Counted from the whole stretch's first letter, positions 1 through 10,730 are shown. The stretch is 62,712 bases of DNA, filler included, from Stramenopiles sp. TOSAG23-2 (GCA_900128395.1; 3 parts of 3 records of this genome joined end to end with filler, not necessarily neighbours in it); one strand, 5' to 3'. Notes: generated by a model from the sequence alone, not told the origin. Translations and numbers: made by a program.

Positions 1-299
1 CCTAGATGATCTAGATCTCAAAATAAAACAAGCCAGTATTGAAAATATTTATAAAAAGATCGTAATAATTAAAATCCTAATCCGCCGAAAATGGATAATG
101 AAAAATGAAGAAGTTTTTTTGAATTAATAGATATTATTTTATAAAATATATATTTTACTAATGTAAGTTATACATATTGCACATATACGTACGTATTTCG
201 TCTTTCAATATATATTACTGTATCATACATGATTATATTTTTTGTTTATGCAATATAATCATATATATATATATATATATATAAAACGAATAAATAACA

Positions 300-1280
300 A
301 TGAACTTTTTATCTTCAGTAAGACGTGCATTAGGTGGTAATAATAATAATAATAATAATCATCTTGAAAAACAACAAAAGACAAATATAAGTGATAATAA
401 TAATAAGAATAAATCTCCTAACACATCATCCCCGAAAAATAATACAAATGGAACAGGCGATGTATCTATCCTCCATATAGCAAGAAAAAACAGTAAAAGC
501 AATATTCTAAAAGCTAACAATGCTTTGAAAAAAATGTCAACTAAAATAAAATCATCATTTACACAAAGAAAAATACGAGAGGATGAAATTGGAAAAGAAT
601 TTGTTGAAATACGAATGGTATGTTTTGAAAAAGCATGTATAAATAATAGGACAATATCATTAAAATCAGAGTATTTGATTAAACAAAGTACAAGTGAATG
701 TAATGCATTGAAACGCAAAAAGGAAAGCTGGGAACAATTTGAAAATGAATTAAACAATTTAAAAGATATAAATGCGCAAATTGAACAAATTAATATTGAT
801 GTTGATCAAATATATGATAATTTAGTAAAAGTTGAAAATTTATTAGAAGATGTATGTGTATTAGATATTTCGTTACAACATTTGAAATGGGAAAGAAAAT
901 TAGAAAACAGTATTCAGACACATAAACAAAAAGAATCCTTGAAATTATTGCGAAAAAGAGGTGAAAAGCGAGCTAGTAGTATATCTAAAGATATCAGTCA
1001 AAATTTTTCACGTTTATTACGAAGTGCATCGATTACTTCGTCTGATGGTGGCGAATCGCCTAAAATTATTAATGAGGATAGTATGCATAATGACAATAAC
1101 AATAATAATGATAAAACAAGTGATGATAATAACAATAATAATGATGAAGCTAGTGATGCATCTAATAATAAAGATAGCAGTGATGTGATACCTACCACTA
1201 CTGGCGAGGAGGATGCAAAACAAGACGAAAGTGATGATTCGGATAAAGAATTTGATCCTACTACACTTTATAATGATTAA
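300..1280 (+). CDS. Coiled-coil protein, dysbindin (BLOC-1 subunit)-like
   Basis: 326-aa ATG ORF. Central coiled coil KRKKESWEQFENELNNLKDINAQIEQ...VENLLEDVC...KLENSIQTHKQK resembles the dysbindin N-terminal coil as I recall it. Termini are Asn/Asp-rich. Confidence 0.45.
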   Translation: MNFLSSVRRALGGNNNNNNNHLEKQQKTNISDNNNKNKSPNTSSPKNNTNGTGDVSILHIARKNSKSNILKANNALKKMSTKIKSSFTQRKIREDEIGKEFVEIRMVCFEKACINNRTISLKSEYLIKQSTSECNALKRKKESWEQFENELNNLKDINAQIEQINIDVDQIYDNLVKVENLLEDVCVLDISLQHLKWERKLENSIQTHKQKESLKLLRKRGEKRASSISKDISQNFSRLLRSASITSSDGGESPKIINEDSMHNDNNNNNDKTSDDNNNNNDEASDASNNKDSSDVIPTTTGEEDAKQDESDDSDKEFDPTTLYND

Positions 1281-1611
1281 AACAGTTTTTATAAAAAATT
1301 TATTTAAAACAATACGAACATACTTTATTACTGATGATTTTTATATACGTATATTTTAATAAAAAAAAATAAAAAAAAATTAAAAAAAATACTAAAATAT
1401 CATTTTAAAAAATATTTTAATTAAACACTAAAGTTCGTGTTGTAAAACTCTCTCCCTCTCTTTCCATCTTGCATATAATATATATATATGTATGTATTGC
1501 AGGTCACTTTTCTATATATGTACCACCCAAATATTTTGTTCAAGATTAAAAGGATGCCAAATTTTATGTTTCGTATATTTTCTTTAGGTACAAAGTTCTC
1601 GTGTGTACTTT

Positions 1612-2484
1612 TTATTGTAAATTCGCCGCGTGAAAGCGTAAATGATCCTCCACAAATGTTGCAATGAAATAATAACTATGATCAAAGCCATCTTGCATTC
1701 TCATTTCAACAGAAACATTTGCTTTATTATCATCACTTGCAGCTACAAATGCTTCTGGTAACAATTGTCCTTGAGTTAAAAAATTATCGCTTGTGCCTTG
1801 ATCACATAAAATAGGTAATGGCTTTCCATCATTCGCAGATTTAAATGTTTTAACTAATAATGTTGCATCATGTGCTTCCCATAATGATTTATTTCCTTCA
1901 CCAAAATAACCTTTAAATGCTTTTTGACCCCATTGACAGTTCATTGGATTACATATAGGTGAAAAAGCGGAAACCGATTGATACATGCCGGGATTTTTTA
2001 ATCCAATCGTCAATGAACCATGCCCACCCATTGAATGGCCAAAAATGGAGGCTTTGCCATTTGTTGGTAAGTTGGCATTTACTATCTCTGGCAATTCTTG
2101 CGTAATGTATGTATACATGTTATAATTATTTTTCCACGGTTCCTCAGTCGCATCGATATAAAATCCAGCACCTGAACCGAAATCATACGCATCGTCTTCT
2201 CCAGGTAAGTTTAAGCCTCTTGGACTGGTATCAGGACATACAAGTATGATGCCTAGCTCCGATGCGACACGTTGTGCTCCCGCTTTTTCAATAAAATTTA
2301 AATGTGTGCACGTCAATCCAGACAACCAATATAAAACAGGTGCCTTTGTTGTACCATCAGATACAGATGGTGGTAAATATACGGACATTGTCATTTTAGT
2401 CCCAGTACTTGTTGAATCGTGTTCATACACGTTTGTAAATCCATTAAATGATTTTTGTGATTTCACTTGTTTAAACGATGACAT
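1612..2484 (-). CDS. ESD: S-formylglutathione hydrolase (esterase D)
   Basis: PVLYWLSGLTCT, PDTSPRG, DFGSGAGFY, nucleophile motif GHSMGGHG, and GFDHSYYFIATF are all diagnostic of FghA/ESD. Confidence 0.97.
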   Translation of the reverse strand: MSSFKQVKSQKSFNGFTNVYEHDSTSTGTKMTMSVYLPPSVSDGTTKAPVLYWLSGLTCTHLNFIEKAGAQRVASELGIILVCPDTSPRGLNLPGEDDAYDFGSGAGFYIDATEEPWKNNYNMYTYITQELPEIVNANLPTNGKASIFGHSMGGHGSLTIGLKNPGMYQSVSAFSPICNPMNCQWGQKAFKGYFGEGNKSLWEAHDATLLVKTFKSANDGKPLPILCDQGTSDNFLTQGQLLPEAFVAASDDNKANVSVEMRMQDGFDHSYYFIATFVEDHLRFHAANLQ

Positions 2485-2994
2485 TTTCTATTTGCGGGTG
2501 TGTTTTCTGTTACTTTAATCTTGTCAAACATGAAATTTGTTCTTTTCTTTAGTGCTTTATGATTTTAACTCTCCTGTATCTTTTTTTCTATATATAAAGA
2601 GGGGATCCGATCCGACCGAGGAGAGTGCCAGAGATGGAAAATGCAATCTCCAATAGCATGCAATAGCACTAGCGTTTCTTCTCACAGCATTTTGTTCAGC
2701 AGGGCAAACAACAGTGTTTTTTTCCCATCATCATGTTATTAATGTATATTTAATATATGTTGATGTATTAATAATAATATATAACTTCATCCAAACGTAC
2801 CAGGTAGAGTAAAATAAATATATTATTCTAAATGTAATCTAGACAATATTATTATTATTCGGTGGAATGTTTACTTTTCTGTTACTTCCAAGCCTTCTTT
2901 GAGCTTTTTTGTTAAATATTTACTACTACATTTTGTATATTTTTTTGAAAACTTGGAAAAACAACATCAGTCTTTGCCTCTGAATAAATTGACT

Positions 2995-4284
2995 ATGTAT
3001 ATTGTGTCTGAATTTATTGTGATACTTATAATAGTGTGCATAAACACAGCAGCTGCTTCAAAACCTGCTATTGCATCAACGACTGGGGTAACTTCAGGTG
3101 CACCTATACAATATGAAATGTTTCTTCACTTTCCACACAATGCTAGTATTAACGTAGTCATCGACTTGAATGCAAATGATGATAGCACCGATAGTGATAT
3201 TCAAGACATATTAATAGCTATGGGATACGAAAATAATGAAAATATGAAGCAATATTTGAAAAAAGAATTCAAAAAGCGAAAAGATACTTTGATAGAAAAG
3301 AGAGGTCCTTTGAACCAATCCATTGATACAAGCATTAAAAAGCCACTATTCATCTTAGAAATATCGCTTACACCCAAAACAACTCACAATCTATTTTTTT
3401 TCGAGGATGATAGTATTGATTATGCCTATCGACGCTTTTTATATAATTTAAAGGATGACGAGAAAAAACTAATTGTAAATAACAAAGCAAGCCGAGCTGC
3501 TATTTTAAAATCAATTCATCAGGAATTAATACAATCGAATGAAAATATATGTAATAATATTCTATTATCAGTATCAGAGCAACAACGACGTCAATGTCAT
3601 GTAAATCAATGTAAAAAACAGTTACCGTATTTTCCTGGATATGAAAATATGAAACCAGCAAGTGATGAATGGACAATTCAATATTTAAATTCCTTGGCAC
3701 TTCAAAATAAAATTACTACGTGTATTGAAACTGGCACGTATTATGGAAAAACGACAATTGCTCTTGCAAAAGCAGGTTATTGCAAAGAAGTGATAACAAT
3801 TGAATTGAGTAAAGAACTTACTGCATTAGCAAAGGTTAAATTTTCAAAGGAAATTGAAAATGGAAACATAGATAAGGAAAGTCGTATTGTGTTAATTCAA
3901 GGAGATAGTGCAGCTGTATTCCAAACAAATGAATATTTTCAGAATGAGAATGACAAATTCAAAAAGGCACTGTGGTTTTTAGATGGTCATTACTCTGCTG
4001 GAGTTACCGCACGAGGAAAGAAAGATTCACCAATAATTGAAGAATTAAAATATATTTTAGATCCTCATCGCATAAACTATCATAAAAGTGAAATGGATAT
4101 CATTGTTATTGATGATGCACGTCAGTTCCATGGTGGGAGATTTAGCACGGGAGAAGTGTATCCTGAGATGCAAGAAATATTGGAATTAATTTGTGAATTA
4201 GATCCAAAAAATATTTTTATTGATTTACAAGATGATATGATATTACTAATAAGAAAGCGAGAAAGTGACTATGATAGTTTATGA
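2995..4284 (+). CDS. Signal-peptide-bearing protein with C-terminal class I SAM methyltransferase-like domain
   Basis: First ATG is at 2995 (the ORF track starts at a TTG). Hydrophobic N-terminus MYIVSEFIVILIIVCINTAAAS. Motifs IETGTYYG, IELS, IQGDSA, FLDGHYS and IDDAR fit a Rossmann-fold MTase. Confidence 0.65.
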   Translation: MYIVSEFIVILIIVCINTAAASKPAIASTTGVTSGAPIQYEMFLHFPHNASINVVIDLNANDDSTDSDIQDILIAMGYENNENMKQYLKKEFKKRKDTLIEKRGPLNQSIDTSIKKPLFILEISLTPKTTHNLFFFEDDSIDYAYRRFLYNLKDDEKKLIVNNKASRAAILKSIHQELIQSNENICNNILLSVSEQQRRQCHVNQCKKQLPYFPGYENMKPASDEWTIQYLNSLALQNKITTCIETGTYYGKTTIALAKAGYCKEVITIELSKELTALAKVKFSKEIENGNIDKESRIVLIQGDSAAVFQTNEYFQNENDKFKKALWFLDGHYSAGVTARGKKDSPIIEELKYILDPHRINYHKSEMDIIVIDDARQFHGGRFSTGEVYPEMQEILELICELDPKNIFIDLQDDMILLIRKRESDYDSL

Positions 4285-5030
4285 ATATACTAAACTATGG
4301 GAGTACGTGGCGTTGTAGTATCATAGGTAATATTATTATAACCAAAGTCAATAATTACGAATATAATACAGATCACAATATATATATATATATAGAACCT
4401 GAATAGTACTAATATTATTAATAATGATCAAAAGTCAATAATTAGAATATAAAAAATTCTCTTATTTATAACAATAATTACGTAGAATATAATTATAGAT
4501 ATCACAAAAAATATATAATCCCGTGTCTTCCCATTCCAACATTCTATTAAGAAGGGCAGGGTCCTTTTGCCGTCTGGCCGTCCACACGGCAGCTGCCACT
4601 TATATTTAAATAGAGTATTAAGTGGATCTATTTTAGTGAGGCACACGATGATTTTATTATTTTTATAATAAAATCCTTTTAAAAAAGCCCTTATCTTTTA
4701 TTTAAAAAAAAGGCTGATGGATGCCGCCACGACGCAGACTAAATTAAGGACAAACAAGATTTTTTCCTATACAAATTTTGTTTTTTAATAATATTAAAAC
4801 GACACACTATTAGAACTATTGCTATTTATTATTATTATTAAAAAATGAGATGATGAATTTACTACACATAGAAATAATGAATTAATAAAACTATGCATTT
4901 TTGAAAAGGTTGTGTTGTTTGAGATGAAAAGCATTACAAGAAAAAAAAAACATAATTCGTACAACTTTATATTTACAAATAATTTATTGAATAGGATTTA
5001 TTTGAACAAAAATAACAACAGCAACAAATA

Positions 5031-5543
5031 ATGGGTTTTGATGATTTAATGGGAGGGAACAACAATGGTGGTGGTGGTTTTTTTAATAATAAAGATGATG
5101 GTTGTATGCCAAGTTTAACATATAATCAACGTTTATGGGGATTTGGTATATGCTTCTGCGCTGGCGGTGCATGTAGTTTCTTTGCAGCTTTGTCATGGTT
5201 ACCGGGCAAACATAGTGCAATCAACAATCCAGCTAATTTTGCAATACCATATTCACTTGGAAATATTGTCGCCATATGTTCGACTGGATTTTTATGGGGG
5301 CCAAAAACACAATGTAAGAATATGTTTAAACCAATTCGCCGTGTAGCTACGTGTGTATATTTATTCTTTCTTATCTTGACACTTGTGGTATGCTTCACAA
5401 TGAAAGGGGCGCAAGGTATTGGAATTCTCATTGTTGCTTTGGTCATCGTTCAAGCAGCAGCTTTATTTTGGTATTGTGCTAGTTATATCCCATTTGCTCG
5501 TACTATGATTATCAATTGCGCAAAAGGTTGTTGCAAGGGTTAA
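5031..5543 (+). CDS. SFT2: SFT2/Got1-family vesicle transport protein
   Basis: SLTYNQRLWGFGICF, FAIPYSLGNI, STGFLWGP..Q.KNMF...R, and WYCASYIPFAR; four TM helices. Confidence 0.92.
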   Translation: MGFDDLMGGNNNGGGGFFNNKDDGCMPSLTYNQRLWGFGICFCAGGACSFFAALSWLPGKHSAINNPANFAIPYSLGNIVAICSTGFLWGPKTQCKNMFKPIRRVATCVYLFFLILTLVVCFTMKGAQGIGILIVALVIVQAAALFWYCASYIPFARTMIINCAKGCCKG

Positions 5544-5866
5544 AATTAAAAAATGGTTGCATCAAGCAGTATCGTACTAATGTTTTATGGTATCTTGTGT
5601 GAAAAAATAGAAGATATTTTATTTAAAAATTGCATTTTCCGTAGAGAAAAAGAAAACAAAAAAATTACACACACACACACACACTTGTGTACCATGTACG
5701 AGAGCTCTCTATTTAAAAAAATCAATTTAAAAAAATATATAATATAATACATGTACTAGAAATATTAAATACGAAGTATTACATTGTTATTTTAATCATA
5801 TGACCCACATGATATCATATCATTCGAATCATATGATACTCAAAGGCACCTCAATATCACATATTC

Positions 5867-7678
5867 TTACGTTTTACGAATACTAAAGATTCCTTCACCT
5901 TTTTCAATCTCTGAAACAAGATCATTGCGTTTATGATGTTTTGCTATATCTAAGCAACGAGTTTGACTTTCCATTGATGCAAATTTCCATAATATGGCTA
6001 CAGTTGGTAAATGACCATGTGCTACTGCCGATTCAATAGCATGATCAACAATTTTAATTTCACATTGTGTAGATAAATATGGTATTAATAATAACATCAC
6101 ATCAGCATCTCCTTTCGTAGAAGCTGTAGTTACAAGTTGATCTAATGATGTTGATTCAGCCCATGGCAATACTTGTTTCACAACATTTGCCTTTTTATGA
6201 TGTGCTGCACTGCATAATGCTTGTACAATTGCATTGTTACTAGCATATTGTGCAAGCAATGTCGATGCTCGAACTCTACCTTTTCCTGCTGCCCTTGCTA
6301 ATGCACGATCTATTGCAATTAATGTTTTTGGTAATTTTATAATAAGTTGTTTGTTTTTATTTATATTATTATTATTCTTAGTAGTAGTATCATAGACATG
6401 TCCATCATCATCAATAAGCACTTCATTTTCTCGAATATATTTTAAAACCGTATGTAAACTTCGTAACCTATTATTTGCTGCCATTGTTCCTATACAACGC
6501 AATATAATACTATTTGTTGCATATGGCAATAAAATTGGCAATGCAATTGCACCACCACTAACACTAGCAGCTTGTAATGTAGCAGATATTTCTACTCTAC
6601 TGCTAATTTTTATCATTTCTGTCATTTCATCAATATCTTTCGCATGAAATGCTTGAATTAATGAATTATATTTGGGTGGTGGTGCAGTTTTAGGTAACGG
6701 TGCTTTTTTATTATCTAGTTTGTTTGGTACTTGTTCGATTTTTTTTGATATTTCTATTTGTTGCAATGTATTATTATTATTTTTTGCTGGTGGAACGTTT
6801 TTATTTACATTTGGTAACGATATTGATGGCAATGGACGTGGTTTTGTTGGTAACGGCCGTGGTTTTGGTTGTGTAGGTAATGGTCGCCAAGATGATTTCT
6901 TCTTCTTATTTTTATTTACAATTTGTTGAATAGGCAACGGTTTAATTTCTTCAGATATTACTACCGACTCTTGTTGTTGTTGTTGTTGTTCTTCCTCTTC
7001 TTGAACTTCATTATAATTATTATTATAGACGTAATTGTTTTCATATTGTTGTTGTTCATAATAATACTCTTCCTCCGCTGCTGTTTCTTCTTCTACACCT
7101 TCCGTAAAAGTTTCTAATCCAAAACCATTTAAATTATTATCAAATCCATAATAATTTGAACGATCTGTCATGACGATTGATCTATCTGTAAGCTGCCCAT
7201 CATTAAAATCACTACGATCAGTTAAACATCCAACTGAGCTTGCACCATCATCCCAATCTTGACCTTCGTCTAAATTTCGTTCTTCTACAATACGTTGCCG
7301 TTCCTCTATTGCTTGATTGAACGTTAATAAAGCATTTCTACCAAGACCTTCTGTACATAAAAAACCATTATTATTTCTAATTTCTGGATCTGCACCTTTT
7401 GTAATTAAATACGCCCCTAATTTTGCAAATCCATATTGAAAACAAAAATGCAAAGGTGTATTGCCTAAATAATTTTGTATGTTTATATTTGCACCTCTAC
7501 GCAAAACAATTTTTGCCATACGTTTATGCCCATTTTGGCAAGCAACTAATAACATGGTATTACCTTTATCATCTTGTTCATCTACTTCTATTTCATTTTT
7601 ATCTATAAAATTATTTAGTTGTTTAAATCTATTATGCCGGACTAAACTAAATGCATCTTTTAATAAATAGTCCGTCAT
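5867..7678 (-). CDS. Ankyrin-repeat protein with Pro-rich linker
   Basis: N-terminal ankyrins (GNTMLLVACQNGH, GNTPLHFCFQYG), acidic/Gln and RPLP-rich middle, degenerate C-terminal ankyrin-like repeats. Confidence 0.85.
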   Translation of the reverse strand: MTDYLLKDAFSLVRHNRFKQLNNFIDKNEIEVDEQDDKGNTMLLVACQNGHKRMAKIVLRRGANINIQNYLGNTPLHFCFQYGFAKLGAYLITKGADPEIRNNNGFLCTEGLGRNALLTFNQAIEERQRIVEERNLDEGQDWDDGASSVGCLTDRSDFNDGQLTDRSIVMTDRSNYYGFDNNLNGFGLETFTEGVEEETAAEEEYYYEQQQYENNYVYNNNYNEVQEEEEQQQQQQESVVISEEIKPLPIQQIVNKNKKKKSSWRPLPTQPKPRPLPTKPRPLPSISLPNVNKNVPPAKNNNNTLQQIEISKKIEQVPNKLDNKKAPLPKTAPPPKYNSLIQAFHAKDIDEMTEMIKISSRVEISATLQAASVSGGAIALPILLPYATNSIILRCIGTMAANNRLRSLHTVLKYIRENEVLIDDDGHVYDTTTKNNNNINKNKQLIIKLPKTLIAIDRALARAAGKGRVRASTLLAQYASNNAIVQALCSAAHHKKANVVKQVLPWAESTSLDQLVTTASTKGDADVMLLLIPYLSTQCEIKIVDHAIESAVAHGHLPTVAILWKFASMESQTRCLDIAKHHKRNDLVSEIEKGEGIFSIRKT

Positions 7679-8231
7679 TTTTTTTTAATTGTTTTTTTGG
7701 TCGGTTAGGTAGTAATTTCTTAATTTATTCATAATATATAAGAAAGTTATTATGCTTTCGTCTCTTTTTGATTTTGTATTTTTTGTATTTGAAAATTATT
7801 TTTGATTGAAAATTTTGGTTGTTGGATGTTTTTTTGAAGAATTTCGGAGTATAACTTTGTACCACCAGTAGTGTAATACCAGTGGTTGCCCTAGTTTTGA
7901 ACCAACGAGAGAAGAAATTCTGAAAATGATTATTTGATGATTTTGATACAGATGGTTCTAGAGTAATTTTTTTTGATTTTAATTTTCCATGTGCTTTTTG
8001 TTTTTTTATCCATATATTTGTTTCGAGATTGCCTTCAAAATAAAATGAGAGAAGAAGAGGAAGCATGAGAAGCAGAATTTACCAAAATCCGCTCTGAATT
8101 TACTGAGAAAGTAGATTAAAAAATATAATAAATTGATATTTTCATACGAATATCGTAATTTTTATACATATTTTTTATTGAAATAAAAAGTTATTTTTCG
8201 ATTTCCCATTTTCCTGCACCGTAGCACCGTC

Positions 8232-10220
8232 TCATGGTGATCGTCTCCTTTTTTTTCTTGGTGTTGAATTATTTGAAAAGGTCATTCTATTTCCATCAGC
8301 TGATGTTGTTGGTACTGGCGGTGGCAAAGTAAATAAACCTAACAATTGCTTCATTTCTTCTTTGATCCCATTTGCAAATTTCATTGAAGGTTTTACACAA
8401 AATTGACTCCATAATTTTGACCATTTTTTTGCGACGTTTGTCAATGCTTGCTCTGATATTATATTTGTATTAATTTTGGCTTTTAATAATCTAAGAACAG
8501 TGGCTCTTGATAAATCTACTACATCTCCAGCACCTAGGCGTCTTAAAATGTCCAAGACAAGCAATGTACAATTTGATTGATTTGCAGTATTGGATGCGTT
8601 GATTTGAAATGATTTTCTTTCATTTGCTTTAATACCTTCTACCAATGGTGCAATCCAATTTGTTACTGGACGAGTAGATACAGGAAAAGAAAAGCATGGT
8701 AGTAATTGTGTGCCTGGCTGTACGCCCCAAACAGACGCCAATACTGCTTCAAGATCTCTCACAGAATCACCAGCTTGAAAATCAATACCGTCCTTTAAAA
8801 AATGGACCAAAAAAAACTTTGGCGTAATTTCATTTTCAACAAACGATGAATTGGTAATTAATGAACATGTTTGATAATTTTTATTATTTTTATCAAGTTC
8901 AAAAATTAATCCAGAATGGATAATACCTGAAGCTATTGCCACTGAGACATATACTTTAACTGCTGATGTATCTTTTGGTAAAACCATTATAGGATCATTT
9001 GTATTACCACGTAGTGTCGCTCTAGTACCTGCAGGTATGAAACAAGTACCTTGTCCAATAAAATCTAATTTATCCATTAATCGGCATGATGTAGTTCCAT
9101 CGAAACGTGTCGAATTTAAATATGTTTTGTAATCTTGACCTAATACTTGATATACATCAGGGAGAACACCATTTTCTGGCATACCTTCTAATTCATTCAA
9201 TGCATCAAATTTATTCCATTTCAATATTGGATTTGAATCAAAATATTGAAATACTATGCATTTTTGTATGTCTGTAATAGTATTTATATTGGCTGGTGGC
9301 GGTAATACGTTTACTAAATTTTGATATCCTGTACGTGCATGATTACGATAGCGTGTTGATATTCCAGTATCATTCATTCCCTTTTTAAGAATATCACGGA
9401 TATTGTCTCGAACTAATAAAGGGCGTAAATTTGAATTGTTTGTTAAATTGCGAAGACCACCTAAAGCAGATTCTTTCAATTCGATATTATCATTTTGTTT
9501 CGCATTTTCAACAAATATTTGCATTATCTCATTTGATTGAAATATTTGTTCTTTTATTGCATCATATCCACATGTCAAGTTATGAAGGCCATCTAAAGCA
9601 TATTCTTTCAATTTGATATGATCATTTTGTTTTGCATTTTCAACAAATATTTGCATTATCTCATTTGATTGAAATATTTGTTCAGGTATTGCATCAGATC
9701 CACCTGTCAAGTTAGAAAGACCACCTAAAGCATGTTCTTTCAATTCGATATGATCATTTTGTTTTGCATTTTCAACAAATATTTGCATTATCTCATTTGA
9801 TTGAAATATTTGTTCACGTATTGCATCAGATCCACATGTCAAGTTAAAAAGACCACGTAAAGCATGTTCTTTCAATTCGATATGATCATTTTGTTTTGCC
9901 TTTTCAACAAATATTTGCATTATCTCATTTGACTGAAATATTTGTTCTTTTATTGCATCAGATCCACATGTCAAGTTAGAAAGACCACGTAAAGCATTGT
10001 ATTTGATGTCGAACCTGGATGATGTTGCATTCGTATACAATTGTGTTAAACCAGATGTCTGACTTGTATTGCTTAGTTCCCCAAATTGCGCCCTACCTTC
10101 TCTTATTGAAACCAAACTGTTGGAAATCAATTTATTAATAATTGTTTCCAATGAAACAGTACTTGGACTCCTTGAAACAGTACTTGGGCTCCTACACGCT
10201 GTTGGTTTAGTACGAGCCAT
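8232..10220 (-). CDS. Armadillo-repeat protein with H3-tail-like N-terminus and uncharacterised C-terminal domain
   Basis: 662-aa ATG ORF. 44-aa ARM-like repeats ALxGLxNLT...; N-terminus MARTKPTACRS; basic C-terminus PRKKRRRSP. Confidence 0.85.
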   Translation of the reverse strand: MARTKPTACRSPSTVSRSPSTVSLETIINKLISNSLVSIREGRAQFGELSNTSQTSGLTQLYTNATSSRFDIKYNALRGLSNLTCGSDAIKEQIFQSNEIMQIFVEKAKQNDHIELKEHALRGLFNLTCGSDAIREQIFQSNEIMQIFVENAKQNDHIELKEHALGGLSNLTGGSDAIPEQIFQSNEIMQIFVENAKQNDHIKLKEYALDGLHNLTCGYDAIKEQIFQSNEIMQIFVENAKQNDNIELKESALGGLRNLTNNSNLRPLLVRDNIRDILKKGMNDTGISTRYRNHARTGYQNLVNVLPPPANINTITDIQKCIVFQYFDSNPILKWNKFDALNELEGMPENGVLPDVYQVLGQDYKTYLNSTRFDGTTSCRLMDKLDFIGQGTCFIPAGTRATLRGNTNDPIMVLPKDTSAVKVYVSVAIASGIIHSGLIFELDKNNKNYQTCSLITNSSFVENEITPKFFLVHFLKDGIDFQAGDSVRDLEAVLASVWGVQPGTQLLPCFSFPVSTRPVTNWIAPLVEGIKANERKSFQINASNTANQSNCTLLVLDILRRLGAGDVVDLSRATVLRLLKAKINTNIISEQALTNVAKKWSKLWSQFCVKPSMKFANGIKEEMKQLLGLFTLPPPVPTTSADGNRMTFSNNSTPRKKRRRSP
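9440..9996. repeat. Intragenic 132-bp tandem repeat, about 4.2 near-identical copies (ARM units)
   Basis: Anchor [c/g]taaagca recurs at 9461, 9593, 9725, 9857 and 9989 (period 132 = 44 codons). Confidence 0.95.
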
Positions 10221-10730
10221 TTTATATTACTATCTCAGTATTTAACTAAATTAAGAGTGATATGGTGTTACTACACTTCCATACAATTTATTTTTTTCTA
10301 CAGATGACGGCAGTAAGAAAGATTTTCTATTTTAGTTTATAATAAAAAATATTGAACTAAGACCTCCTAAACAATCTATATTTTTGGGTCGCCAATGAAA
10401 TGAAGAGGAGGAGGTAGTTTTTGATAAAAAATTCTAATATCCACTTTCAAGTATAAAATTAATATATGGCCATTTGATAGGACAACAATCAAAATAAATA
10501 AACTTTTGCAATTCTTAGAATAACAAATGCCATCGATAAAAAGTTACTTCAAAAACAATATTTTGTTGTAGTACACGACATACATATGAAGTAAATGAAG
10601 CAAATCTTTTATCAATTTTTTATTGCTTTACAAAACATTTATATCATATCAACGTTGGAGATATACCTATATTTTTGCACGGTTTTTGTATTTTTGTATT
10701 TTGTGTGTGCGTGTGATATTAAAAAAGTGA

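Noticed and set aside
9440-9996. Regular repeats as a CRISPR-like array
   Set aside because: They are contiguous, in-frame 132-bp coding units with no unique spacers, in a eukaryotic context with no cas genes.
8232-10220. Histone H3/CENP-A gene or importin alpha
   Set aside because: No histone fold follows ARTK; there is no IBB domain, and the ARM units are recent duplicates unlike those of importin alpha.
7860-10660. Mobile element enclosing the ARM gene
   Set aside because: I found no convincing terminal inverted repeats, target-site duplication or transposase/RT motif.
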